33,743 nt of DNA from a bacterium (GTDB lineage Bacteria > Patescibacteriota > Minisyncoccia > Portnoybacterales > JAGGTM01): contig JAGGTM010000044.1 in assembly GCA_021163745.1 (NCBI GenBank), positions 1 to 33,743 of the forward strand. The letters are read 5' to 3'. The position numbers and the translations under genes were made by a program. This document shows, in pieces, positions 15,920 through 24,179 of the stretch (position 1 is its first letter; each line of letters begins with the position of its first letter). Under the pieces are notes generated by a model. It was given only the letters and a program-made list of their open reading frames with translations. It did not search any database and was not told where the DNA came from.

Positions 15920-16984
15920 ATGCTTAAAAGAACACGTACTATTTTAGTAATCATTTTGGCAATTTCCTTTATAATTGCTGTGCCCTTTATTATCCTGTAT
16001 GCAAAAGGATATTCTTTTGATTTTAAAAATAAAAAAATTGTGCTTACCGGAGGAATTTTCTTAAACTCTATCCCCAAAAAAGCAAATGTTTATATAAACA
16101 ACAAATATACCAAAAAAAGAACTCCGTGTTTAATTAAAAGATTAATTCCACAAGAATACGTTATAGAGGTAAAAAAACAAGGATTTCATTCTTGGAAAAA
16201 ACATATGAAAGTAAAACCAAATTTGGTAAGAGAGGCAAAAAATATTATGCTTATTCCGGAAAAATTAAATCCGGAAATGGTAAAACCTTTATCCTCTGAA
16301 TTCTCACTGAATAAATTTCTTTATCCAGATATATACCAAACCAATCTAAAATTAAAAGAAAATTTCTCTACCACTACATTAGGATATACTCTATCAAACG
16401 ATTATGTTTTATATATAAAAAAAATAGATAGGATTCTATACAAGATAAAATTGAATGATTTTATAAGAAATGAATTTTCTGAGACACAAATCAATATATC
16501 TCCACTGCCGGAATCAGAATATAAAATTTATGCTTCTGCTAAAAATATAGCAGTACTAGACAAAAACGGAACTCTTTATATATTTGATAAGCCAAAAAGA
16601 AAATTTAATGTACTGGCAAAAAATGTTAAGGGACTGGAATTTTCCGAAGATGAAGAGAAGCTTCTTTACTTTACTAATTCCGAAATATGGGTTTATTACC
16701 TGAAAAACGGCTCTAATTTTCCGTTTCTAAAAAAAGGAGAGAAACAGTTAATTACCCGCGTAAGCAAAACAATTAAAAAAGCTATATGGTATCCATTAAC
16801 AAACTATCATATAATCTTTAAAGTTAATGGAAATTTAAAAATCATAGAACTAGATTCAGATTATCCAAGAAATAATATAAATTTATTCTCCAATGTGGAA
16901 GATTTTTCTTATAGTAAATCAGACAAAAAATTATATTTTATAAAAAATAATATCTTATTCAGAATTAAACTAAATAAACACTAA
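15920..16984 (+). CDS. PEGA-domain membrane protein with C-terminal beta-rich repeat region
   Basis: The only plus-strand gene. It has an N-terminal TM helix and a PEGA-like segment (ANVYINNKYTKKRTPCLIKRLIPQEYVIEVKKQGFHSW). Confidence 0.7.
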   Translation: MLKRTRTILVIILAISFIIAVPFIILYAKGYSFDFKNKKIVLTGGIFLNSIPKKANVYINNKYTKKRTPCLIKRLIPQEYVIEVKKQGFHSWKKHMKVKPNLVREAKNIMLIPEKLNPEMVKPLSSEFSLNKFLYPDIYQTNLKLKENFSTTTLGYTLSNDYVLYIKKIDRILYKIKLNDFIRNEFSETQINISPLPESEYKIYASAKNIAVLDKNGTLYIFDKPKRKFNVLAKNVKGLEFSEDEEKLLYFTNSEIWVYYLKNGSNFPFLKKGEKQLITRVSKTIKKAIWYPLTNYHIIFKVNGNLKIIELDSDYPRNNINLFSNVEDFSYSKSDKKLYFIKNNILFRIKLNKH

Positions 16985-16986
16985 AA

Positions 16987-17514
16987 CTATCTCTTCCTCC
17001 ACTGTCTCGCCCTTCTTGCTTTCTTTAATCCCGGCTTCTTTCTCTCTTTCATTCTCGGATCCCTAGTTAAATAACCTGCTCTCTTTAATCTCTTTTTAAA
17101 ATCGGGGTTAAACTTCACTAATGCCCTAGCAATCCCGTGTTTTATTGCTTCCGCCTGACTTTTTATCCCTCCTCCTTTTACACTCACCGTAACCTTAAAT
17201 CTACCCAGTGATTTCATTTTGTTTAAAGCCGATTCTACTATCTTTTGTAATGATTGCGTAGGAAAGTATATGTAATAAGCTTTGTTATTTACGATTATTC
17301 TGGCTCTTTCCTTTGTCACATCAAAAGGTCGACAAGGAAAAATTCGCACTCTACAAGTAGCGGTTTTTCTTCTTCCTACTGCCTCCCAATATCTTTTCGG
17401 CTTTATATTTTTTTTCAAATTCTCTTTAGTAGTTTCCACTATCTTCTTTTTGGAAGGCTTATCTTTCTTTTCAGCTTTTTTGGTTCTTGATAATTTTTGT
17501 GTATCTTTTGTCAT
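16987..17514 (-). CDS. rpsI: 30S ribosomal protein S9 with a roughly 40-aa Lys-rich N-terminal extension
   Basis: The canonical S9 core starts at YWEAVGRRKTATCRV and ends at ARRARQWRKR. Confidence 0.9.
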   Translation of the reverse strand: MTKDTQKLSRTKKAEKKDKPSKKKIVETTKENLKKNIKPKRYWEAVGRRKTATCRVRIFPCRPFDVTKERARIIVNNKAYYIYFPTQSLQKIVESALNKMKSLGRFKVTVSVKGGGIKSQAEAIKHGIARALVKFNPDFKKRLKRAGYLTRDPRMKERKKPGLKKARRARQWRKR

Positions 17515-17531
17515 ATTTATTTTTGGCTTTA

Positions 17532-17888
17532 TTATTCTTTTTCTCCTTTATATAACTTAAGATTTTTAATTCTTTGTTTTCTAAGTTTATTTTTAGGCAA
17601 CATTCCCCATACCGCCCTCCTTAATACTTCTCTAGAATCTCTCTTCATCAATTCCTCTAAAGTTATTTTTTTCAATCCACCCGGATATCCGGAGTGATGA
17701 TAATAAATCTTTTTTTTCAATTTTTTGCCGGTTATTTTCATCTTGTCGGTATTTGTAACTATTACCTTATCTCCGACATTCAAAAATGGCACAAAACTCG
17801 GCTTGTGTTTTCCCTGTAACAAAACGGCAATTTTTGAAGCTAATCTACCTAAAACTTTATTTGTTGCATCAATTTTATGAACTCCCAT
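17532..17888 (-). CDS. rplM: 50S ribosomal protein L13 (short form)
   Basis: GRLASKIAVLLQGKHKP and YYHHSGYPGG motifs. Lies immediately upstream of rpsI, as in the conserved L13-S9 pair. Confidence 0.9.
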   Translation of the reverse strand: MGVHKIDATNKVLGRLASKIAVLLQGKHKPSFVPFLNVGDKVIVTNTDKMKITGKKLKKKIYYHHSGYPGGLKKITLEELMKRDSREVLRRAVWGMLPKNKLRKQRIKNLKLYKGEKE

Positions 17889-17896
17889 AAGAAAAA

Positions 17897-18244
17897 TTAT
17901 TTTACAAATTCAATAATGGCCATTTTTGCTCCGTCTCTTTTTCTGTGCCCCAACTTAATAATCCTCGTATAACCACCGGGTCTATCTTTATATCTCTCCG
18001 CCAATTTCAATGCCTTTTTTCTTGCTTTTTCTTCAAGAAATCTTGCTAGATATCTAACTGAATGTAAATCTCCTGCTTTTCCTTTAGTAATCAATTTTTC
18101 TACAAACGGCCTCAATACCTTTGCCTTCGTTTCTGTAGTCTTAATTTTCTCATGCATAATTAAATTACCTGCCATTATTCTTAAAAGGGCATTTCTTTGG
18201 TCTCTTTTCCTTCTTAGTTTTTTTCCTTTTTTTAAATGTCGCAT
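17897..18244 (-). CDS. rplQ: 50S ribosomal protein L17
   Basis: MRHLKKGKKLRRKRDQRNALLR is the canonical L17 N-terminus. I use the ATG at 18244; the track start at 18265 is a TTG. Confidence 0.9.
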   Translation of the reverse strand: MRHLKKGKKLRRKRDQRNALLRIMAGNLIMHEKIKTTETKAKVLRPFVEKLITKGKAGDLHSVRYLARFLEEKARKKALKLAERYKDRPGGYTRIIKLGHRKRDGAKMAIIEFVK

Positions 18245-18570
18245 AATATTAAAATTATCAACCAAAACGAAACCCTATAGCATAGCTAACCCGTATATTA
18301 ACGGCAAATACAACGAAAATAACCAGCCATGTACTGCATCTTTACGCCAGCGGCTTTCTGTTATGATGCAGGCAAACCCCACACCACGGCTTTACACTAC
18401 AGCTGTAGTGTGGGGTAATTTATAATCTATTTTCTAATTAAATAGGAAAATCCAACTCGTGTCGCAAATATAAAGTTGTTTTCCGGATCCGGAGGAAGTC
18501 CGGTATAATGGTTTATTATTTCCAAAGATCAAAGATCTTGGTTATTAAATCCTGTATATTAAAATCTATC

Positions 18571-19527
18571 TTACTCTTTCAGTGTAAATCCCAATTTTCC
18601 CAAAGCCCTTTTCACTTCCTTAACACCCTTTTCCCCCATTCCTTCTAATTTCATCAAATCTTCCTCTTTCTTCCTGATAAGTCCCGCAACTGTCTTCATT
18701 CCTGCTTTAGAAAGAGAATTAATTATCCTTTTGGGAAGTTTAAGCTCTTCAATTTTAATTTCTGACGGAGCTTCTTCTTTTTTATTTTTTTTCTTTATTA
18801 CTTTCTTAACCTCTTTTTTCGTTTTTTTTCTAACCGTTTCTTTTTCTTCAAAGCTGGAAAGCAGCTCAAAATGCTCGGTTAAAATATCGCACGCTTCTCG
18901 GAATGCCTTCTCTGGTTCAATAGACCCATCTGTTTCCACCTCCATCTTTAATCTGTTAAAATCGGTTCTGTCTCCTACCCGCATATTCTCCACTTGATAA
19001 GTAACTCTAACTACAGGAGTAAATATAGCATCTATGGCGATTTTCCCTATTTCTAATTTTTCTTTCTTTCTTCTCTCTACTGGCGAATAACCCAATCCTT
19101 TTTCTATATCAAGCTCCATCTCTAACTCTGCCTTTTTATCTGTTAAAGTAGCGATGTGAGCGTCTTTATTTACTATCTCTACATCAGATGGGATTTTAAT
19201 ATCCTTTGCCTTAACCTCTTTTTCTCCTTTCACCTTTAAGAATCCTTTTACCCCCGGAGTATCGTTTAATAATCTAAATCTAATTTGCTTAAGATTTAAA
19301 ATAATTCCAATTACATCTTCCAACACATTGGGAATAGTAGAAAATTCATGAGGAATGCCCTTTATTTTTACTCCTGTAATAGCTACTCCTTCTATGGAAG
19401 ACAAAAGAACTCTTCTTAAAGTAGTTCCTAGCGTTACGCCATAACCGGGATAACATCCTTCTATTTCCAATACTACTTTGTTATTTTCCTTTTTAATTAT
19501 TTTCGGTTTAGATGGTAAGGGAATCAT
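18571..19527 (-). CDS. rpoA: DNA-directed RNA polymerase alpha subunit
   Basis: 318 aa with an N-terminal dimerisation domain, a Lys-rich linker and a C-terminal helix-hairpin-helix domain (LKLPKRIINSLSKAGMKTVAGL). Confidence 0.95.
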   Translation of the reverse strand: MIPLPSKPKIIKKENNKVVLEIEGCYPGYGVTLGTTLRRVLLSSIEGVAITGVKIKGIPHEFSTIPNVLEDVIGIILNLKQIRFRLLNDTPGVKGFLKVKGEKEVKAKDIKIPSDVEIVNKDAHIATLTDKKAELEMELDIEKGLGYSPVERRKKEKLEIGKIAIDAIFTPVVRVTYQVENMRVGDRTDFNRLKMEVETDGSIEPEKAFREACDILTEHFELLSSFEEKETVRKKTKKEVKKVIKKKNKKEEAPSEIKIEELKLPKRIINSLSKAGMKTVAGLIRKKEEDLMKLEGMGEKGVKEVKRALGKLGFTLKE

Positions 19528-19538
19528 AAACTAACTGC

Positions 19539-19630
19539 AATGCTATAACATGCAAATTATTACTAAGATGATGGCCGTAAAATGTAGCTGTACGTCCATG
19601 CATCTATAATAATTTGCATTTTTAGCATTG
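19539..19630 (-). other. Rod-like stem-loop of about 92 nt in the rpsD-rpoA spacer
   Basis: caatgcta (19539-19546) pairs with tagcattg (19623-19630). atgcaaattatta (19550-19562) pairs with taataatttgcat (19607-19619). Further inner pairs include gatgatgg/ccatgcatc and cgta/tacg. Confidence 0.55.
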
Positions 19631-19651
19631 ATTATATTATCTCGAATAATA

Positions 19652-20272
19652 TTATCTCGAATAAAACTCGATTACTTTCTCAATCTCCGCCGGTTCACCT
19701 ATATCCTGAATAGTCGGCTCTCCGATCACCTTGCCAATTAATTTATCCTTATCCAAAGAGAGCCACGAAGGTGTCTGATAATTTTTTAGATGAACGGACA
19801 AATCCTTAAAAAGACCTTTTTTTATACTTGTTTTTTTAATTTTTATAATATCTCCTTTTCTTACCTGATAAGAAGGTATATCAACTTTTCTTCCGTTAAC
19901 TAAAATATGACCATGGCTTATAATTTGTCTTGATGTTCTCCTCGACTTTGCAAAACCAAGACGATAAACCACATTATCTAATCGATGCTCTAACATACTC
20001 AACAATGACCTTGATTTATCTTCTTTTCCTGTGATTTCCTCAAAATAATTTCTCAATTGTGTCTCAGTTATTCCATAAATATATCTCAATTTCTGCTTTT
20101 CTCTTAGCTGAAGTCCGTACTCAGACAAACTTCTTCTTCTTTTTGGGCCATGAATTCCAGGCGGATAACTTCTTCTCGTTAACGCACATTTCTGAGAAAA
20201 ACAACGCTCTCCCTTTAAAAAGAGTTTTTCTCCCGCTCTTCTGCAAATTTTACATTTTGAATTTAATCTCAC
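19652..20272 (-). CDS. rpsD: 30S ribosomal protein S4
   Basis: 206 aa, GTG start. Has an N-terminal Cys cluster (CKICRRAG...CFSQKC), YGLQLREKQK and an S4 RNA-binding domain. Confidence 0.95.
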   Translation of the reverse strand: MRLNSKCKICRRAGEKLFLKGERCFSQKCALTRRSYPPGIHGPKRRRSLSEYGLQLREKQKLRYIYGITETQLRNYFEEITGKEDKSRSLLSMLEHRLDNVVYRLGFAKSRRTSRQIISHGHILVNGRKVDIPSYQVRKGDIIKIKKTSIKKGLFKDLSVHLKNYQTPSWLSLDKDKLIGKVIGEPTIQDIGEPAEIEKVIEFYSR

Positions 20273-20336
20273 TAAAATTAACAGAAATTACCACAAATTT
20301 CACCAATATATTCATTAGTGAAACTTGCGATAAATT

Positions 20337-20379
20337 CAATTTAGCAATTAACAATTGGCAATTGGCAATTGGCAATTAA
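20337..20379. repeat. Heptad tandem array CAATTRR (6 units) overlapping the rpsK stop codon
   Basis: Units are caattta-g-caattaa-caattgg-caattgg-caattgg-caattaa. The last unit contains the rpsK TAA (20376-20378). Confidence 0.85.
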
Positions 20380-20834
20380 ACCCTTCTGGGTTTGCGAGGT
20401 CTGCATCCATTATGGGGAACAGGAGTAATATCTTTTATTGAAACTATCTCTAATCCTTTATTCCCCAAACTTCTTATTGCAGAATCTCTTCCCGTGCCTA
20501 TGCCCTTTACTAATACCTCTATTTCTTTCATTCCTATTCTTTTTGCCTTCTCCGCCACCACCTCTGCAACTTTAGAGGCGGCAAAGGGAGTAGATTTCTG
20601 CGGACCTTTAAATCCCACCATTCCGGAAGAAGCACATGCCAAAACATTCCCATTTCTATCGGTTATAGTTATCATAGTATTATTATAAGTAGAATAAATA
20701 TAAGCTCTCCCCTTTTCTACTATCTTTTTCTTTTTAGGGGCCTTTCCCGTAACTTTTTGAATAATCGCCTCTCTTTTTTCGGTTTCCTTTATAACTTCTT
20801 CTTTAGTTTTGACAACTACACGTTTTTTCCCCAT
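20376..20834 (-). CDS. rpsK: 30S ribosomal protein S11 with a Lys-rich N-terminal extension
   Basis: S11 core ([41 protein letters not shown]). Confidence 0.95.
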   Translation of the reverse strand: MGKKRVVVKTKEEVIKETEKREAIIQKVTGKAPKKKKIVEKGRAYIYSTYNNTMITITDRNGNVLACASSGMVGFKGPQKSTPFAASKVAEVVAEKAKRIGMKEIEVLVKGIGTGRDSAIRSLGNKGLEIVSIKDITPVPHNGCRPRKPRRV

Positions 20835-21038
20835 AAATTTCTCAACAAATTATCCAAATCCGAATTACGAAATCTAAAATCATTTTATTTTCATCAACAT
20901 CATCTTTATCTATGCGATAAAAATAAAAATACTTCGGATTTTGAATAAAACTAAAAAAACAAACTGGTTATTTAGAAAATTAATTCTTTGCAAAAAACAA
21001 AATAATGATGATGAACATTTAGAATTATATCAATTTCC

Positions 21039-21428
21039 CTATGTTTTTTCCTTCGCTTTCTTCCTACCACTTCCAACTGTTCTTCTTGTATTTCCCCTGA
21101 CTGTTCTGCTGTTTGTTTTTGTCCTTTGCCCCCTTACAGGAAGACCTTTCATATGTCTTATACCCCTATAGCATTCTATATCTTTCAATCTCTTTATATT
21201 TAGCATCACCTCTCTCCTTAAATCACCTTCAATTTTATAATTTTTCTCAACCGCCTCTTTCAATCTAGCAAACTGTTCTGGAGAAAGCTTATTCGCTCTA
21301 ATATTGGGATCGATATTTGCTTTTCTTAAAATTTTATTAGCTAAAGACCTCCCTATTCCATAAATATAGGTCAATGCTACTTCTATTCTTTTATTTTCGG
21401 GGAGATTTACCCCTGCAATTCTAGGCAT
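21039..21428 (-). CDS. rpsM: 30S ribosomal protein S13
   Basis: [26 protein letters not shown] is the canonical S13 N-terminus. Confidence 0.95.
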   Translation of the reverse strand: MPRIAGVNLPENKRIEVALTYIYGIGRSLANKILRKANIDPNIRANKLSPEQFARLKEAVEKNYKIEGDLRREVMLNIKRLKDIECYRGIRHMKGLPVRGQRTKTNSRTVRGNTRRTVGSGRKKAKEKT

Positions 21429-21584
21429 TGTGCAAATTTTACCATCTTTTTCAAAAAAATCAAGAAAAAGAAACTTCTCTATCTCCTCTTTCTTTAAGGA
21501 GAAAATAAAAAGGAGAGGAATTTATCATTTATTACTCTTATTAATTTTAGTCCATAGAACGCTCTATGAACTAAAAAGCAAAAA

Positions 21585-21605
21585 GCCAACTGCCAATTGC
21601 CAGCT
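21585..21605. repeat. Heptad tandem array GCCAAYT x3 abutting the rpmJ stop codon
   Basis: Units are gccaact-gccaatt-gccagct. The last base overlaps the rpmJ TGA (21605-21607). Confidence 0.75.
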
Positions 21606-21718
21606 CATCCTTGTCTTTGTTTGTGCTTGGGATTTTTGCAAATAACATATATCCGACCTTTTCGTCGGACTATTTTGCAGTTCCTACACATTTTTTTTAC
21701 TGATGCTCTAACTTTCAT
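21605..21718 (-). CDS. rpmJ: 50S ribosomal protein L36
   Basis: Not in the ORF track (37 aa). Manual translation gives [37 protein letters not shown], a near-consensus L36, in the conserved infA-rpmJ-rpsM position. Confidence 0.9.
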   Translation of the reverse strand: MKVRASVKKMCRNCKIVRRKGRIYVICKNPKHKQRQG

Positions 21719-21740
21719 ATTATAAACAAAAGAAAAACCT

Positions 21741-21768
21741 CCAACATCCAACATCTAACGTCTAACCT
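21741..21768. repeat. Heptad tandem array x4 in the infA-rpmJ spacer
   Basis: Units are ccaacat-ccaacat-ctaacgt-ctaacct. The array ends 10 nt from the infA stop. Confidence 0.8.
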
Positions 21769-21777
21769 AAATACTTT

Positions 21778-21993
21778 TTATAATCTTCTTACAATTCTTC
21801 CTCTTTCGGGATGTTGAGGGTCTATTTCTATTTCTACCTTATCACCGGGAAAAACTTTTATATAATACAAACGCATCTTGCCTGATAAATGGCACAGAAC
21901 ATTTAAACCATTATCTAACTTAACCCTAAAATTGGTATTTGGCAAGGCCTCAACCACTATCCCTCTTTCTCTTGTTTTGTTTTTATCTCCCAT
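21778..21993 (-). CDS. infA: Translation initiation factor IF-1
   Basis: 71 aa S1-like OB fold ([39 protein letters not shown]). Confidence 0.95.
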   Translation of the reverse strand: MGDKNKTRERGIVVEALPNTNFRVKLDNGLNVLCHLSGKMRLYYIKVFPGDKVEIEIDPQHPERGRIVRRL

Positions 21994-22070
21994 TTTTATT
22001 AAATAAAATTGTACTTGCTAATCACTTTGTAACGATTAAATAAAAGCAATTAATTTTTAAGTAATGGTGT

Positions 22071-22387
22071 AAGCGCAAAACTCAAAGCGCAAAACGCAAA
22101 GCGCAAAACGCAAAGCCACAGCGTAAAACTTAAAGCTAATTTATTTAAATTCCAAATCCCAAATTACAAACAAATTCAAAATTCAAATGTTCAAAATTTT
22201 GTTTTGAATTTTGAATTTAACTACTTTTGCGCTTTGCGCTGCAGTTTTGCCTGCCCCGTAGAAAGCCGCAGGCTTTCTTTCGGGGAGTTTTGCGTTTTAT
22301 GCTTTGCGCTAAAATTAGTTTTGAATTTTGGTCATTGTTTCGAATTTCGAATTTTTAATATTCAACTCGTTAACTCGTTAACTCGTT
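22071..22387. repeat. Mosaic intergenic element copy E5
   Basis: CAAAG/CAAAAC arrays and CAAATYC/CAAAATT arrays that turn directly at 22190-22215 with no P module. Module C is in inverted orientation at 22254-22285. An AACTCGTT x3 array lies at 22364-22387. Bases 22121-22198 match E6 30836-30920 apart from a one-heptad indel and about 5 substitutions. Confidence 0.85.
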
Positions 22388-22417
22388 AATAGAAATTTTC
22401 GCTTTACCCTCAAACTT

Positions 22418-24148
22418 CTAATCAATTATAGTTATTTTTATCTTTGCTAAAGAATAAGGTATCTTCTTTACCCAGAAAGGCCAAATTGATACATTCGCGT
22501 AATCAATTCTCGAATTCTCTGCAATATATTCCTTAACCTCATCTATAGTTTTTCCGGCTATCTCTTCCCGAAATTGTTTCTTATCTATTTTGTAAATCAC
22601 TTTCCCTGATATTTTTGCCTCAAAATTCGCTTCTTTTTTGTCCCAATCTACATCTACCTTTTTCCACTCAATTTTTGAAGTATTTGGCAAAACCTCGGTA
22701 CCCTCGGGAGAATGCGAAGAAATATTTATATCTATCAGCTCTTTTATATCGCTTTTATTATACAAAATCCCCGATATCAATAATTTTGCCTTCGCTGTAA
22801 ATTTATCTGCCGCATCTTTTTCTTCTGCGGAGAAACTAATTTCGGATACTTCTTTTTTGATAGACTTTTCTATCAACTCAAATCCCGATGGAATTTGTTC
22901 ATTTAACATATTTTTTGATAATTCGTCAAGTTCTTTTAGAATTGTTTCTTTTGCATTTTCAATATCTTTTTTCAATACTATTTTTGCCTTTCCAGAAAAA
23001 CCTCCCTTCATACTCTCTTCTGATTTACCATAAAACCCCTTGCATCTTGGGTCTTTTTTTTCACACCACGCTGCTATAACAAACTCAGAAGGACCTATAT
23101 TATATTCTTCGCCCGGCTTATCCGCTATAACCTCCACACTTATAGAAGACGGAACAATTTTACCTTGTTCTATTTTAGCCCCCGGAATAACTATATACTT
23201 GGTGGTCCTAAAAATTTTCCCTTCAGAAGATTTAAATCTTGTACCTTTCCATAATCCCTGTGGTTTTGAACTATATTTATTAAATACAGTAATAATTCCG
23301 GTAGCATATCTATTAATTTCTTCCTCTCCGGTTGAAAAAAACTCCATTGATTTTTCTTTCTCCACTTTAATTAACTGTATAGGAAACTTATTGTCAATGG
23401 GATCGATCTTCGAAATTCCCACGCTTCCAAATAGATTCAAATCTAAAGATACTATTTCTTTATGCGGGGATAACTTTATCTCTGCTCTTGGAAACAAAAA
23501 ATAAACAATCATTCCCCCCACTATTAAAGTAAAACACACAAAAAAAATCAATACCTTTAAAGGGAAAAAAGATGTATATATATTATCTTCTTTTTCTTCC
23601 TCCGATTTTCCTTCTTTTCTTAAAAAAAATCTTTTTAATAAACTTTCTTTATCCTTAAAAGATACATTCTCTTCCCTATCCCATTTTCTGAAAAAAGGAA
23701 GTTCTTCCTCTTCTTTTTTTGATAGAAAGGAAGATTTTTCAGGGACGGATTTCTCTTCCTTGGAAATTTTCTTCTCAACTTTTTCCTTCCGCGATAAAAC
23801 TCCATTATTTTTCTTAGAAGAAACTCTCTTACGAGGAGTAACAATATCTACCATTTTAGACGGCTCCAAACGCTTTGCATCAATCTCTTTCATATCTCCT
23901 TCCTGCTTAAATTCGGTCAGAAAACCTGCTTTTTCTGCCAATCTCTGTCCCATATCATCGGAAGTTACAATAACAATTTTTTTGCCTAAACTGTCTGCCT
24001 CTCTCTTCAACAACATCAAATTAACAAGATTTTGGAAAACCTCTGCTTTTTGCGGTATAACTAAATTTATCTTATTATCTTTTTCCCTGTTTATCTTATC
24101 TACTATGGAAATTATATCCTCATCTTTTGTAATATTAATTGTCTTCAT
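22418..24148 (-). CDS. Hypothetical bitopic membrane protein, 576 aa
   Basis: Compact N-terminal cytoplasmic domain of about 80 aa, a long Lys/Glu-rich low-complexity linker, one TM helix (LKVLIFFVCFTLIVGGMIVYFLF) and an extracytoplasmic domain of about 350 aa. Lies 32 nt downstream of the ftsA-like gene. Confidence 0.75.
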   Translation of the reverse strand: MKTINITKDEDIISIVDKINREKDNKINLVIPQKAEVFQNLVNLMLLKREADSLGKKIVIVTSDDMGQRLAEKAGFLTEFKQEGDMKEIDAKRLEPSKMVDIVTPRKRVSSKKNNGVLSRKEKVEKKISKEEKSVPEKSSFLSKKEEEELPFFRKWDREENVSFKDKESLLKRFFLRKEGKSEEEKEDNIYTSFFPLKVLIFFVCFTLIVGGMIVYFLFPRAEIKLSPHKEIVSLDLNLFGSVGISKIDPIDNKFPIQLIKVEKEKSMEFFSTGEEEINRYATGIITVFNKYSSKPQGLWKGTRFKSSEGKIFRTTKYIVIPGAKIEQGKIVPSSISVEVIADKPGEEYNIGPSEFVIAAWCEKKDPRCKGFYGKSEESMKGGFSGKAKIVLKKDIENAKETILKELDELSKNMLNEQIPSGFELIEKSIKKEVSEISFSAEEKDAADKFTAKAKLLISGILYNKSDIKELIDINISSHSPEGTEVLPNTSKIEWKKVDVDWDKKEANFEAKISGKVIYKIDKKQFREEIAGKTIDEVKEYIAENSRIDYANVSIWPFWVKKIPYSLAKIKITIID

Positions 24149-24179
24149 AACCTTAGAAAAATGCGATATTTTTCAGATA

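Noticed and set aside
18491-18503. GGAGGAAGTCCGG resembles the conserved GAGGAAAGUCCGG core of RNase P RNA.
   Set aside because: The surrounding 300 nt is AT-rich. It lacks the other universally conserved RNase P regions (for example the ACAGAACCCGGCUUA-type CR-V), and the motif is at the wrong end of the candidate region. It is more simply a local ccgga/tccgg hairpin.
21605-21607. Alternative genetic code (UGA read as an amino acid, as in some reduced lineages).
   Set aside because: rpmJ ends at TGA exactly at the canonical L36 C-terminus (KQRQG). The 429-aa gene ends at TGA directly before its terminator. No conserved protein shows an in-frame TGA.
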